Positions 13,681-28,723 of a stretch of 64,000 bases of DNA are shown piece by piece. The notes under the pieces are model-generated. The model was not told the DNA's origin and did no database searches. It saw only the letters and a program-made list of their open reading frames with translations. Position 1 is the stretch's first letter. Each line of letters starts with the position of its first letter. This stretch comes from Lama guanicoe (lineage: Eukaryota), in the NCBI GenBank assembly GCA_013239625.1, contig MU053810.1, positions 3,442,071 to 3,506,070 of the forward strand, given 5' to 3'. Made by a program: the position numbers and the translations under genes.

Positions 13681-16600
13681 TTCAGGCCCTTTTGATCAGG
13701 GCTCCATAAGGCCCCGAAGCAGATCTCCAGGCTCCCAGAGGCGGCCGGGGGCAGCTCAGCACTGTGGAATGTGCACCAACCAGAATCTCAGCGATCTGGA
13801 GCCAGACCCACCTCCAGCCCTCCAGCCTTGGCTCTTGGGGAGGCTGGACTGCGTGGGTCCTGGAGCCTTCTGGTTCTAACAGCTGAATTCAATTTGAGAA
13901 ACCTAGCTTTAACCAGGTGTCAATGATTTTCTTTCTCTTTTCCTAGGCATATATCACCCCATATAATTTTTAGTCACAGAATGACTCAATTACCCTGAGG
14001 ACCAACTGGAAAGAAGGCCTTCATTTTACAGCCAGAAAGGACAGGGGTACTGGGGAATCTCGTATGGCTGAAACGTCCCACATCTTATGAAGCCCACACA
14101 CCTCCCAGCCACAGCCGAACTCAGTCCCTAGCAGCTGCCAAGATACAGACGTTGCATCCTTATCATGCCCTGCACGCTTTGATGACTGTTTCAGTGACTG
14201 TCTGCCTTGTAAGATGTGGGCTCCTTAAGAGCATGAACATTCTCTTGTCCCTGCAACACTGCTGGGCATATAATGAGTGTTCAATAAATGTCCACTTGAA
14301 CACTGAATTTTTCTTTTTCTTTCTTTTCTTTTTTTTTTTTTTAAGGCAGGGAGGAAGGCAGGTAAGAGAAAAAGCATCTAGGTGATCTATATGCTTTATG
14401 ACTCAAGGATCTCATTTAACACATACCAAGTATAAGCCTGTCTCATTTTGTCTCCTGAAAGGTAGGAAGATTTATACACTGATTCACCTTGCTAACAATT
14501 TTGAAGAATCTTACTCTCAAATGGAGCATTTCCTTAAATTTTTCTTTAATTATCTGTTCATCCTCCAGCTCCCGACAACAATAAATACTTATATATACCA
14601 GAGAGCCTCTGTAACTCAAGAAAATTTGCAGGACTTTTTTAAAGCAAAAAAAAAAAAAGTGTCATGGAATCTGGACACCACCCAGTTAATCTACATTGTT
14701 AAAGACAGGAGTGTTTTAACTTAGACCATTTATTTATCCCTACAGTTGCAAACCATAAACATGACACAATCGTTTGTTATCTGCAAGGGCCTAAAATGAA
14801 TCAGATGAAGTTTCTTCATGAAAGGTACATATGTATCCTCCATATTCATCTTGTTTTTAATTCAGGTTTGTGTATACTACATCATATCTATCTGTATGAA
14901 TGCTTTTAACACATGAGGACGAAGATAAGAAATGTCACGAGTTATATGGAATGTGCTCCATTGAGCTATGGAACCCCAACATCAGGGACACCCTCCTCCC
15001 TCCATGACCCCATCCCCAAGGTGGAACCAATCAAGAAGCCTTCAGAGGAGGGCATTTTAAACCGAGTCTGAGTCAGAAGGAAAGAGACTACGGGAGCAAT
15101 GTTCCCTGATGCAAGGGCAGCACTAACAAGATAAAGGAGGAAGCAGAAACCAGAGTGACTAGACGGCAAAGGGATTCCTTGCCCAACAGGGTGATGAGAT
15201 CACCACTGGACAGAAGCTCAAGACTCACAGAATGCCCTCAGCCACTCAGCCTTTCCCTCTCCCAGCTGCTCCCCTGCTCACTGCCCTTCATATTCTGGAA
15301 CACTTTTCTTTACACCTCTTTCTAATCATCTGAATCTAATGGTCTAAATCAGTGTGTACTTTGAAGTTAAGCCATAAGCTCCTTCAGGGCAAGGAACCTG
15401 CTTTTTACTGATGTTCTTCCCCTGATACCTGGTAGAGGTAGTAGGTATCTAACAAATACTGTCTGAATGGATGAATTGGTAAATGAATATACTGTTTTCA
15501 GGGTCACTAAGAAGGGATCTGCAGATACTTGATGCAGAATCAAGGGCTGAGGACCAAAGAGAAGAGGCTGAAAACGCGAGAACTAGTCACAGGAGGAAAA
15601 GCACAAACACTGGGGAAAGTGAGGAAGGGGGATGGAATGTGGAAAGAATCCTGTGAAATTCAGCCACAGGCCAAAATGGAGCTCACAGTGTGTAAGGATA
15701 AAAATTCCTTAACCAGTAGAAACAACAGCCTTGACATCTGACTCGGAAAAGCTGGGCTCAAGGGATGACAAGAGGAAAACCCAAGTACCCAACACTGATG
15801 CTGAAGGAAGCAGAAATGAAAAGTTACCCAATCTCTGGACCAAATCAATATCGGCTATCTCATCAATATCGGGTTTGCACTACTTCTTACTAACTACATT
15901 CTCCCACTTCCCATTTCCACCATGTTTTCATTTTTATAGATTAAAATCGCTTAATCTTGTTTTTCTATCAGACTGCATTGTTCCATCAGTTCTACCTCCT
16001 CTCTTCCCACACTCCAAATCCTTTCCTAAATGTAATTCAAAGAACCAAGAGCCTTTTGTAAGATCAGAAGAGTTTTCTCTCTGGTTTGGGTCCAACATTT
16101 CAGCGAGATTCTGCTAGAGGCTGAAGAGGATTTCTGAAACGTTATGCTGTGAGGTTTCCAAAAGGCAACCTCAATTTGATATCTGTGAGCATGCCAAGAG
16201 ACGCAACGGAAAACATTTTGCACATAATTAAGGATCCTTGCCTCCAGTGTTCAGCTTTGCCCTTTAATATGCAGGGCACATCATTGTTCATCTGGGGGGA
16301 AAAGTACACTCCTGAGCTAGATTAAAAGCTTTTCACAAGATGTGAAAAGGAAATTTTGGCCTGATCGGATGACCATTTGAATTGCTTAGAAATGCACGGT
16401 GCTCTAGCCCCATCCCCATCCCCAGCCTGGAAATGGAGAAATTATACTAGTAATTATACTACTAATAGAATGTATCTGGACACAAGGAGATGGGGAAATG
16501 GCTAAAGGCCCATGGTGGGGACATCTAAAGACAGGGATACAAATCTGACCGTCTGACCAAGCTAGGAATCTGCAAGCCCAGGCATAGGGCAGAACGCACA

Positions 16601-17129
16601 CACGAAGGAAGGTCTGGGACAAGCAGTGCAGCCTGTCTACAGTTCTGCAACTTGCAAAACACGGTGCCCCGGATGAGGAGAGAGGGGAGGCGACTGGTAG
16701 ACCCCGGTATCCCGGTATCTGCCTGGAATTAGGATGCTAATCCTGCCAGCAGTCTAGTGACCACCAACAGACTAACCATATGAGCTTCATGTCAATTTAT
16801 CGAGAGGATCCTGGCAATTCTAGCTGGATTTAAATCCTTGGCTTTCCAGTTGACTTGCTGTGTGAGCTCAAAGGACGTGCTTCTGAGCCTACTGCCTCTT
16901 CAGTAAAGAGGCCTGTTTGTTGTGACTGTAACACAATGGTAGGTATTCAACATGTATTTGCTAAATGAGCAAATAAAGGAATGCTTAATTGAAATAAGGA
17001 TGCAAAGAACTGGCACACAACTGTTGCTTAATCGATGTTCACTGCTTTGACCCTCCTCTTCCTCTGGAACACTGAAGAAACTTTGTGTATATTTTCCATG
17101 TGGTTTTCTGTTTGGCTTTTCTTTAATGT

Positions 17130-19030
17130 ATCAAATGAACAACCTCATTTCATTTAATTATAAAAGTAGCACATATTCATTGTAGAAAGTGAACATTTTA
17201 CATATTACATTTGCAACAGAAATGTATTTGTATGTAAGCACCGTATTTCATTAAAAGTTTAAGGTTATTACAAAATGATTAAAAAAAAAATCACTCATTC
17301 CAGTCATCCAGGGATATTACTATCACTGTGTTTTGACATGTATTCCTCCAGACTTTTTTCCATGCAATGCTCTATAAATATGTATTTATTTTATAAAAAT
17401 GGAAATCATACTATATATATTATTTTGCAAATAAATTCTTTGCCTGTTTTAATATATAAATACAGTTATATCATGATTAGTATTAATAAGACTCAACTGT
17501 ATAGCCATGCTATAATTAAACCATCCTTCCTGTTGTGCACTTATAATTTTCATATTTGGCCATTATATACAGAGTTGCATGATAAATATCACTGTACCTA
17601 CATATTTTGAAGATGTTTCTAATTAGCTAAATCATAATAAATTCCTAGGAGTGGAATTACTGGATCGGAGATACTCATATTTTGAGGCACCAAGTATATG
17701 TATATATACCAAACTGTTGCCCAGAAAAGACTTTATTGTATTCTTATCAGCAATGTGTTAACTGTTGTTTTAATTTACATTGATTACTACTGTAGCTGAA
17801 CATTTTCATGTTTACTGGCTATTTAAATCTCTTTTCCTGTGGTTTTTCTTGTTGATGTTTATCCACCTTCTACTGAATTGCTTTTTCTTGATTGTACAGA
17901 CACATAGTTTCTCCATTTGTTTCTCTTGCCTTTTCTATAATAAGCACTGATGATCAGATATTTTCATTTTTATTTTTATTATCAGGTATTTTTATTTTAC
18001 ATCTATCGGTCTTTCCCTTTATATTTTCAGTTTGGTGTCCATGTGTTTTTAAAAAAGAACTACAATTTTGGAAGTTTTATTTTAATGTTTAATACTAATA
18101 GATGTTTTTCAGATTCGACACAAAAGAAAGGTTTATGTTAATACACATTATCCTCTCAGAGCCACAAATCATTTTCCTTTGTAAAATAAGAAATGGATCT
18201 GTGTGTAGGTAGAACATTCCATGAAAAGTTTGGGGCCTACACCATAATGATAAAAACACAAAACAAAAGATTAGACGTCATTTTTCTTTCGTTCCCTACT
18301 GCATGAAGTTTTACTTTGGTTCCCATTATATAGACATGGGGTTTTGGGGAAAAAAAATTTAGAGAAAAACATTACTGAATTACAAACACCTAAGATAACC
18401 ACCATTAATAGTTTGAACATTTTAATATACATATTTTATGCATATGTTCAATACATTTATATAGAGACACATATATGTACCTATACCCATCTCATTACTT
18501 CACTTTTTTCCCCTAACCTTCCTGCCCCTCCCAAACCTCACAGACAATGTTGACAGCTGTGCTGGTAGGTAGGACAATAAAAGCAGCTCAGAGGAAAAAA
18601 AAAAAAACTTATTTACATTAAAAAAAAAAAGCAATGCTGAAATACTTTGTGCTTTTAAAATACAGAATCTTATTACACGTACTTCTTCGAAACTTCCTTT
18701 CCCTAAACTACATCCTAGAGTTCGCCCAACTGGTCTAACTCACTTTTATTGGCTACTCAGCACCCCAGAGTCTGACTGCCCTACCGTGTATTTGGTCATT
18801 CCACCACTGAAGGTTATTCACGTTGTTCCCAATATTTTGACACTATATACAATGATGCAATAAATGTACTTGCATATATAAAACCTTACTAACCAGTGCT
18901 TTTATTTCTAGGGAATAGATGATCAGGAGTGGGACTGTGGGTATAATCCATATATACTTTTAATTTTGATAGGTATTTCTAGATCATTTTCCAGAAAGGC
19001 TGTAGACATGTAACATTCTCTTACAGTGTT
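17130..19030 (-). mobile_element. Ancient L1 (L1ME-like) fragments, two blocks (~17130-17900, ~18330-19030)
   Basis: AT-rich sequence with antisense L1 motifs AAATTCCTAGGAGTGGAATTACTGGATC and GGAGTGGGACTGTGGGT. Highly diverged. Confidence 0.65.
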
Positions 19031-22000
19031 TGAGACAAGTTTCTAGTAAACTTGACCAAGTAAAGACTGATTTATCATTTATATCCTGTGGAAAAAATTA
19101 AATGCCCACTGACCACATTTTAATTATCCTCCCTAAATTCTCATGCTACGGTTTGTGTTCCTTTTAATAGTATCTTTGTCTCCCACTAACACTCTTGTCT
19201 AACTGTTAATACTACTTAAGGAACACAGAAAATAATATAAAATTTTCCACCATGGATTTCAAAATAAATATCTGAAAGATCTGGGGTGCTAGCCTGACTT
19301 TAAAATACATTGAAAAACTTACTGATGATCAACCACAGTTTTTACGCTGGGCCTCTGAACTACAGGGAAAACACTGAGTACACACAGAAGTCACAAGGGA
19401 AACCAGGACCTTTCAGGGTGCCTCCCCCCCAATTTACCTAAAGAATAGCTTTTTACGCTGCAGGAAGGCATTAATTTAGGAAGGCTATGTTGAAATTCTA
19501 TCAGTCCAAAAAAAGATAAAATCAAAAACTGAGGGAGAACCAAGGAGCTGCTCTAAAATTCGACTAAGAAGGCAACTCCAAACCCAAAAGCCAACAGAAA
19601 CTTCTGTCAGCATCTTGTGGCTGGCTTATCATCAAACGCTGGCTTCAGTCTACACAACCCCCAGCTGCGTCCTGCTCAGGCATCTGAGCGCTCGTTGCGC
19701 TGTTTCCGGGCACTTACTCTTCCGCGGGCCCAGCCAGAAACAGAGTTGAAGCCCCACTTGAAAACAGAGCTTTTCAAGCAGTCACTTGCATTTGATAAAC
19801 CCTAGGACCCCTTGCTCCCCAAATCCACATTTTCCCATGACCTTTGTAAAAAGTTTTTGACAGTTCTATGCTGATAAGATCCATATGCCAGTACAGTATC
19901 AGAATAACCGACATTAGCATCTCTGCAAGGAAGTTAATGATTGGCTGATGCCATGCTAAGTACAAAGGGCAGGTGAATCCAATACACTACTTGCTTTAGG
20001 AAAACTTACACTTAGGTAAAAGACACTGACAATATTCATAATTATACCAAACAAAGTGAGAAGCAAAATATTCATGTTTCTAACTCACAGATTATAACTT
20101 TGTAAAAAAAAAAAATAAGGTGTTGACTGGCACAGAAATTCTTCATCAGATTGAGGGTAATATTTTCCACATCATGTAAAACACCTTACTTTTACACGTA
20201 GGAGTGTGGGGAATAGTGGTTTCATGTGATGCTTAGAAGAGCAAGATTTTGATCAAGTGGCAAGGAAATTAAAATAACTCGCATTCAACTACATTCCACT
20301 AAATAGCCTTGAAGTCGACTTCTCATATAGGAAGAAGAAAGTAACCAGTGAATTCTGATGTGGATATTCAAACACAGCATACTACTCTTGAAACACTGTG
20401 TGATTATTTCAGAAAATGTCAAATCACAATTATGGTAGCAAATACCTTAAGATCCCATTATAAGCTCCTTGTCTTTAAATGTTGTGGCTTTCATCCGAAA
20501 GTTTTAAGGGGAAAGTCACATCTGTGGGGTTTCAATCATTCTTCAACAAAGGATCATTTATAAGACTGACAGTCATAAAAACAATTAACACCTAACAAAG
20601 GAAGGAGTTCTCATGTTACATGTGTTTCCCTGGACACACATTTTCACACCAAAACATTAATATAGGAGGGTTATAAGATGAAAACTCTCTTCAAAAACAA
20701 ATCCTTTACTTGTATTTCTTAATTAGAAAAGATACATGTCTTTCAGTTTTCCCCACTTGTAAAAAGAATGTTAAAAACAAACAAACAAAAAAACCCTGAA
20801 CATCAGTTTTAAAACTCCTCTGAAATATTTTAGAAGTAGGTCACGCTTTCATGATTGACATGACTCTTAGCCTTGGAAAATCCTGAGGTTTGCAGTGGAT
20901 TTAGACAAGTAATATTTTTAAATTGGTCTCTTAAAATCTCTGCTTTAAAATTTTTTTTAATTCTCAAAAGTTTCTTGGTAGGTGTTTTCATCAGCAACTG
21001 TAACTAACTGAAAGATATCTGGTCGATTTCAGGTGAAAACTAAGGCCTTTCCTGTAATTAGCAAAAAAAAAAACCCCAAAAAACAAAAAAAAACAAAAAA
21101 AAAAACTTTCCTTCCTTTGTCTGCTAAATGAACTAGATGCTTCTGGCTTGCATTTCAATATGATACAAAGTAAAAAGCCCGTTTTAGGCTTACAAAGTTA
21201 GGTAGCTTCCAACTCAGAATGCATTTTCCCCCAAATTTAATGTTATAACTAGAAGTTGGTTTCCCAATCCACAAAATTCTACGACCCATATGTAAATAAC
21301 ATGCTATTACATGTGTTTCAGTGCAGAAAATAATTCCCTTTGCAGTCTACATTTTATCATCAACATGAGACAGTAAACAAAAACTAAACACTAATGGAAG
21401 TTATATAAGAAGTTGTTACTTCTCATGAAGCCTGGTTTGAAGGAAAACACCATTTGGGCTGTTTTTGTAAAAACAAACGAACAAGATGATTTAATAGCAA
21501 ATGTGGGGGGATGTGTCTTCAAGTCTGGTTTCTGTTAACTCTATTATCTGTGTTACAGGTTTTCTTTTTAGTAAAACACTCTTGGTTTCAATACTCATTC
21601 TTTCGCTGCTGGTTGATAATACACTACTATCATATAGAAAATTATCAGTATAAATTTGTTCAGGAAAAGCATGTGTAACTGGAGAGAAAGACTGATTTAA
21701 ACAATTCTGTGAAGCTTTCAAGAGCTCCGGAGATGGAAGACGCTACTTAAGCCTCCCTTTACTTAAAAACGTATGGTTCTGAAATTCTCTCATGGGCGTC
21801 ACAAGTGCTAACCATATGTTTTTCAACTCTAGCCAGGGGAGATGTTTTGGTACCCAAAGAGAAAGAATAAAAAGGAAAAGAGGAGAGGTTGAAGATCAAA
21901 AAAGAAGGAAGGGAAGGTATGTTTGTATTAAAAAAAAAAAAACTCTCTGAAATGGAAACTAAGCCATGAAAGGACAACTTGGGCTGCACACTTCATCTCT

Positions 22001-25000
22001 ACTGAGTTAAGAGGGCAAGGCTTGCTCTCGAAAGAGGCAAAACTGCGGACACTCAGCCCAGACCTCGTGGGCCTGCTGGAACGGAGGTTACAACTCAGAG
22101 AACAGCCAGGATACTGATGGTTTTTAATTCGCGAAGTTCCAGGCGCAGACACTGGGCCAGGGTAGGGCTGGAACACTCGATATGTTCGCTTTTTCAATTT
22201 TTGCCAAAGCATCATCACTCGCAAAAAATAGGGCAAGTTTTCTGATTTCTAACCTGCACGTCTGTTTATCTGCAGAAGCACAGGGTAAATGAGCACGATC
22301 TGTTTGCTAAGGTAGGGACCAAGGTTACAGAAAGGTAGGCTGCCCTTCCACCAAGAGCCAAGGCTTCATCCCAGTGTGGGAAGGGGTCTCAGTATTTATC
22401 CAGATACAAATGTCCAACATGACTGTCCAACATGACAATGACCCATACTGTCTCTGAGTGTTTCCATCAAGTACATTCTTAACAGGGTGATCACAACACA
22501 CGTAATTTAATTCATTCTGACAACTAAAGGTAAGACTGCTTGCCCATTCTCCAAGTTCCAGCCAATTGATTAATTCCTCCCAGATGTAAACAGCTGCACC
22601 CTTACTTCCTCTGCAGGGCCCCTTCTATAAAGTCCACGGGCTCATTTATTCACCTTCTTACTCAATAACTATTTCTTGTGTGTGTACACTGTGTACCAGG
22701 TTCTATCCTAGGGGCTGAGTAGTGCAATTAATAACGATTGTAATTTTTATATTTTTTGCTCATCCATATTTTCTGCTTTTTCCTTGAGAATATATTGTTT
22801 ATAGAACTTTTAAAGCTAAAGCAGTAAGAACTTTTGTAATTTTCCATGGTACCTAAAAACAGTTCACTTCACACCACAGAAATCTTAAAAAATACTGATT
22901 ACTTGACACATTACAATGAACTGGTACTTATCATTAATCCTAAAAAATGCTTCAGTATTTCCACTAAAATTTTTCATTAGGGATAGAAACATAATCTAAC
23001 ATTTAATTTTTTTTAATGGCAAAAGAGTTGATTAGTTTCTGATATAAGTGTGACACTGGAAACTATTATTTGATTGCAAGCACAGTCTTAGCTGCAGTGA
23101 GCACAAAGGTCCCGAAATGAATGGACTCACAGTGAGAGAGAAAACCTCATCCTGGCATCATCACACTGGGTAGCAAGCACCTAATGACTGTTACGTGAAT
23201 GCCTTTGCCTTTACTGAGTCCAGTCTCGGCACTGTGGTGAACACTGGTGTTTGCAATAATTTCTTGGAGAAGGGTTAGGGAAAACGTTTTATATCTACCA
23301 ATGTATACACAATACATGTGCGTTTATAGGTATATACATATGCATGTATGTATAATACATACATATTTTTAAATATATACACATAGCTATGAAATAAAAA
23401 TATATGAGTCTAAAATATTGTCAAAATAGCTAACTCAGTACTATCTATTGAATGACCTTGGCAATAAACAATTGTAGAAATAAATATGAATAAATAAAGA
23501 TGCAAAGAAAGAAGGGGAAAGAAAGATCTGGTGAATCTTAATGACTGGTCTCTTCTGGATGGAGACAACACACTGATCAATTTTTAATAAGAGCTGATGT
23601 TCATTGATTCTGGACTGTCATCAGCCATTGTTCCAAGGCGTTGACCTAAACTATCTCATTTCACCCTCGTGACCACATGATGAGGGCACGCAGGTAGAAG
23701 GGGTCAGCCTGGGCACCTGGCACTGCTGGAGATAGAGTGAGAAACAAGACAGCAAGGTGCTGCCCCATGGAGCTTCAAGGCTGTTTGAGTCATCATGTGT
23801 GTAATGTAAGCAGTCCGGGCTGATGCAGGCAAACGGGATGCCAGGGTGGAGATGGGCAAAGGGGTGCAACCACATCTAAGGGGCCAGGGCAGGCCTTCTT
23901 GATGAAATGACATTTGAGACTTGAAAAAAGGTTACTGAGAAGAGACAGTTCTCTAAATTACCTTAATTTCTAGATTTAGCGAGGATCCTCACACCTACAC
24001 ACATATCTGCACACACACAAACTAGCAGGACTCTCCTCCAAGAATATTCTTCTTGCTAAATGTAGGAAAGCTTCTCCTTCATAGACTAGACCTGCCCCAT
24101 TACCATTAAGAAACATTAAAAATGTTTGAAACAGCGCCCACTGGGAAGAATAAATTATCGAAATAACTCATAATGTGTCAATATGAAACAATTTCTTTTG
24201 GCAACCAAAGCTCCAAGGTGGGTCAAAACGATTTCGAAAATATGCAGCTAGGTTTTGCATATACTGTCTACCAACAGAAACCATTTAAGGTAGATCTCAA
24301 CTTAAAGCAAAGGTTCTTCCTCAAAAAGACTCCTTGTAATTCTTAATTCTTTTAATAAAGACCAATGAACAATATGCAGTTATTGTTAAGAAAGAAAAAA
24401 GAAGCCTAGCCATCTAATGTCTGTAATTCCAATACACCATGAATAACGTACCAGCCCGGGTCCTGGGAGACACAGCTGCCCTTCAGGGAGGGATGGGGCT
24501 AAAAGCACAGTCAGAATCCGAGACACTGTCCTTGCATCTGTTTACACTTTCACACCAGTTTCCAGAGGATTTCCAAAATGGATAAAGAGATTCCTTATCC
24601 ATAGTGATTTAACCTTAAAAAACACGTTCACTTCACTTTCTTTACATGCATATTTCTCACGAGCACAGATGTTTGAAAATACGAGTGTACCTGAGAATCT
24701 GCCTGGGGACACATCCAGCCCTGTTGGGGGAAATCTACACGTACGGGACATGGGAACTGGGCAAGGACTAGAGAAAACAGAAATGAATGTTTATGTCCAG
24801 AAGATGCAGAGATAAATTCCAGAAGAAGAGATCAGGAGGGGCAGAAAAAGATACGTGGAGACCTATCAGACCAGACAGACACAGAGATAAGGCCAACAGG
24901 CAGGGAAACACGAGGAAGCATCCGATAACTCAAACGTGAGTCATGCCAACTCTGATTCAGGATGTCCCTATCTGACATGTTGCCAAAGTCTGGACAGTAA

Positions 25001-25066
25001 ATACCCAGCCCTCAACATCCTAAAAAGGTGGGCCGACAGGTTAATATGTTATTAAACAAGAAGCAG

Positions 25067-25577
25067 CAAAGGGGATCAGGCTATGACACCGCCAAATATG
25101 CCACTTTGACATAAGAATTATTTTGAGCTGAAAGGCATTTGAGCTCCTGAAATCCTGTATCTGCCTAAAAGCAGAACCTCTCAGAAGACCTCAGCTCTCC
25201 CGAAGCCCATCCCTGGCGGCAACTCTGATCTTCCCTTCTTGGAAGAGAGAGGTCAGCCCCACACCCAGACTTCGTGGTCACAAACTATCGTATCTTAATC
25301 CATCCTTCTAGATGGCCTCTTCCAGTGACTTCCAAAAAGTCGTCTGCTTTTCCAAAAGGACCCTTTCTCCCTCTTAAATTAGGGATATAGACCACAAATT
25401 CAACTGCTCCCTTGAGTTACTCATCACTGGGGACTGACACGTGTGTGCACCACGCACATGTTAATAAACTTGTATATGTTTTTCTTCTGCTCATCTGCCT
25501 TTTGCCTAATTAACAGGGCCCAGTCAATGAACCTATGATGAGTAAAGGGGGAAAAAAGATGTGTTTCTTCCCCTATA
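25067..25577 (+). mobile_element. Solo ERV1 LTR, MER34-like
   Basis: 5' motif CCAAATATGCCACTTTGACATAAGAATTATTTTGAGCTG, poly(A) signal TTAATAAA ~25461, 3' end TTCTTCCCCTATA, length ~510 bp. Confidence 0.8.
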
Positions 25578-28500
25578 AGGGCAATATCATATTCTTCAAG
25601 AAAATGAATGAGTTCCTTAGACATCTTCTAACATCAACACAGTCCCATTTTCAGGAATAGAAACACTCAGGGAACTCATTCCTACAGCCTCACATCCTGC
25701 CTCTGGGTCCAGGAGGCAGCCCTAGATCAGTAACTCCTGAACATCCCTGGGTACAATTTGATGTGCTGTGCAATTGCCTCTGGACTGAATGCCCTACAAA
25801 TCACCTGATTCCTCCAAGGAGGCACCTTCCACTGAGTTCAGTTATCACCTCCTCCAGGAAGTCTTCCCCACTGCTCCCCACCAAAGATGATTTTGGTTCC
25901 TTCCGTATGTCACAAAGTAGTTCATACACATTATCACTGTGTTATATGGATGATCCTCCAACTAAACTGATTTCTTGAGGGCAGGAACTAGAGTCCATTC
26001 CAGAACTTAATGCAGAAAAACACAATCAATGCTTATGAATTAATTACTTTAAATCAAATCAAATCAATCAAAGATAGACCTAGAATTAAAACCAGGTGTC
26101 CCAGTTCTGGTCCAAGGGTCTACTAGTTTCAAGTTGGGAGCATATTAAACTCAAAAGTAGCATGCAATACCCATGAAGAAATTTTGAAAGGTATATATAT
26201 AAATCATTCTAATAGCACTTAGCCACACACTAAACACAATCCCAAAACAACCATAGCTGCCTTTTCTGTTCCTTTAATACCTCAGACCAAACCCTTCGGG
26301 GGGGGAAAAAAAATCCCACTATCATCTAATTGTGGACTATTATGTAATAGGGAGACGGAAGGCACTGTTCCCAGCCCAGCCAATAATAAACTAGACCCTT
26401 ACACATGGTGATTGACAGTCCTTATAATTTTATCCCACGGAGAACAATAATAGATACTATTTTTATTCATACCAGTATTTAATCCTTTTCCCTCTGTAAT
26501 ATACTGGATGGCACTAATTTCTATGGGTTAATTATATATTCCCTCAAACAGAATAGGTTTTTCTTCAGCTTTGTTTTATTGAATTCACAGAGCCGCCACA
26601 GAGGAATATTACAGTCAAATGAAAAGTCATTCCACCAACTAAAGACCAACTTATTTTCTACAGAATGTGCTGTGCAGGCAAGCCCTCTCTGCTCCACCCT
26701 CTCCACACGGAACCTGAGCTTTGCTGATGCTGCTTCCTGTTTCCAATGTGGTGTCATATCTGCTTTGCGCACATGCTGACAACCGAACATTTAACCGCAG
26801 GGACGCGGACTTTCACTTTCCCTAACATCTTAGGTTTAGAGCAACTGGTACAGCCTGCCTTGCTCACGGTGACAGTATTTACAAAACGTTAACTAACTTG
26901 AACATCTGTACTGACCCGTTTCTCTATTAATAGCCCCTTTCATCTCGTATCATTTTCTTTTGGTGAATTACCCCTTTAGAAGCAGTTTCCATGCTTCTCA
27001 GACACTTCTACTCCTGAGAATCATGCTACAGCAATCACAGAGAGACAGATACAGAGACAGGGACATGGAAGTAAAGAAGGGGAAGCTAGCTGCTTTTACT
27101 CTTCAAGTCCTGTTCCTTCAACACCCAGTTGTGCACTCAACAGGTATTTATTGTTGCACGTACTTTAATTTAAGCTGGTCACTAAGTTCGGTGAAGTTCT
27201 TATTCTTAGCTTCAGCAAACAACAGATGGAAACATCTTCTGAAAATGCAATTTTGTAATTATAGATTCCTTAAAGCATTACAAAAATTTATTTGGACTAC
27301 CAACCAGTTTCGTGTTAGTAAGAAATTTCCAACTATGCTTTGCTTTGACAGTTATAAAATTGCCAAGGGAACACAAGGAGAGCTTCAATCACCTTAGAGA
27401 ACATAGCTCAGGGTGCTCACCATGGGCAAGGAGGCACCTTTCTGGCCCTTCGTTCTTAGAACCGACACTATTATTTATGCACGTTGATTATAGAAATGTG
27501 TACTAATACAGGAGTAGAGAAAGTAACAAGCAAATGATATTCTATCAGGGCTGCCAATACAATGAAGTATAGTTACCTGACACCTTTGCTTTGACTCTCA
27601 GAAAAAAATCGGTAAAGAAGGCAGGCCAATAAACCAGCCATTTAAGGGAGGAGGGGTCTCCTGCAGAAGCAGGTGGGTTCCCTTCAACAAGCTGCCCCAT
27701 CCATTCTATGTCGTATCCAGGGATGAGAGACCAGGCCAGGAAGAGGCAAAGCCTTACTGGTCCTTGAACGTCATCCTTATGCTCTTTGACAATTTCTCAA
27801 CTTAGAAGAAGGAAACTGATTTACATTTTGATAAACTAACATAATTTACTGTCCCTGATCTGTTACTTACATACTCTGGGAATGCTGGTCAGTATTTCTC
27901 AACTACCATTCACAGGCAGGTGGGCAGACTATGGCAGTTCATGGACACCACGCCATCCCCGTGCTCTGGACTGGTGGTTTGCACTTCGAGTCTTTCTCTT
28001 CCTCATGCCTCTCCATCTTCTCCTAAGGGTCCTCGGAGAACATTTTTCAAATGTCTTATCCCACTGACAGCAGAGGCTCAAGGACAATGGTCCGGATCAT
28101 GTGCGTTTTCATGTCACGGAAGTTTCTTCTATTGATGAAACTCTTTACCAACTTGCATTAAATAGCAAATAATGGTAAGACTGCATCTAAATTAATCAAA
28201 ACAGATCCCCTTCTTTTAGGAACTAGCACCAACAGAACTTTCCACTAATGACACATCGCTCCCAGGGGAAATATGATGGCCCCAAGATGTCAAGTTATCA
28301 GTCAGCCTGAATCAGAATCTACAGTTCAACCATCAAACTGATCATCTCTCAGCTTTCTGCCTCACTACCTCTACAGAATGGCATTTAATGCGCACACAAC
28401 CAGATTAAGAGGGGCGTTCTATACAAATCTGAATGCGACAGGAAAACGTTATAGGTGGTGAGTCCCTTCATCTGATACATCATCCCAGCATGGAAGAACC

Positions 28501-28723
28501 AGGGGGAGACACTGACCTGAGGGAATTTTTGGACCCAAACATGGGCTGACAAGGGACACCTTTTTTTTGACAAGTGCCCACAGTCCAGCTTTTCATAGGC
28601 AAGAGGGGTGGGAGAAATGAGGGTTACAATTCTATACACAGAACTTAGACAGGCCTCTCTGGTAACTCTTTAGAGGAGACTGAAAGTAACCAAGGGGACA
28701 AGTAGTTCAGGACGATCACTGCC

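Noticed and set aside
24131..24148. CTCF-like site (reverse complement TTCCCAGTGGGCGCTG)
   Set aside because: The 5' CC core is mismatched. Cannot be supported without a PWM scan or ChIP data.
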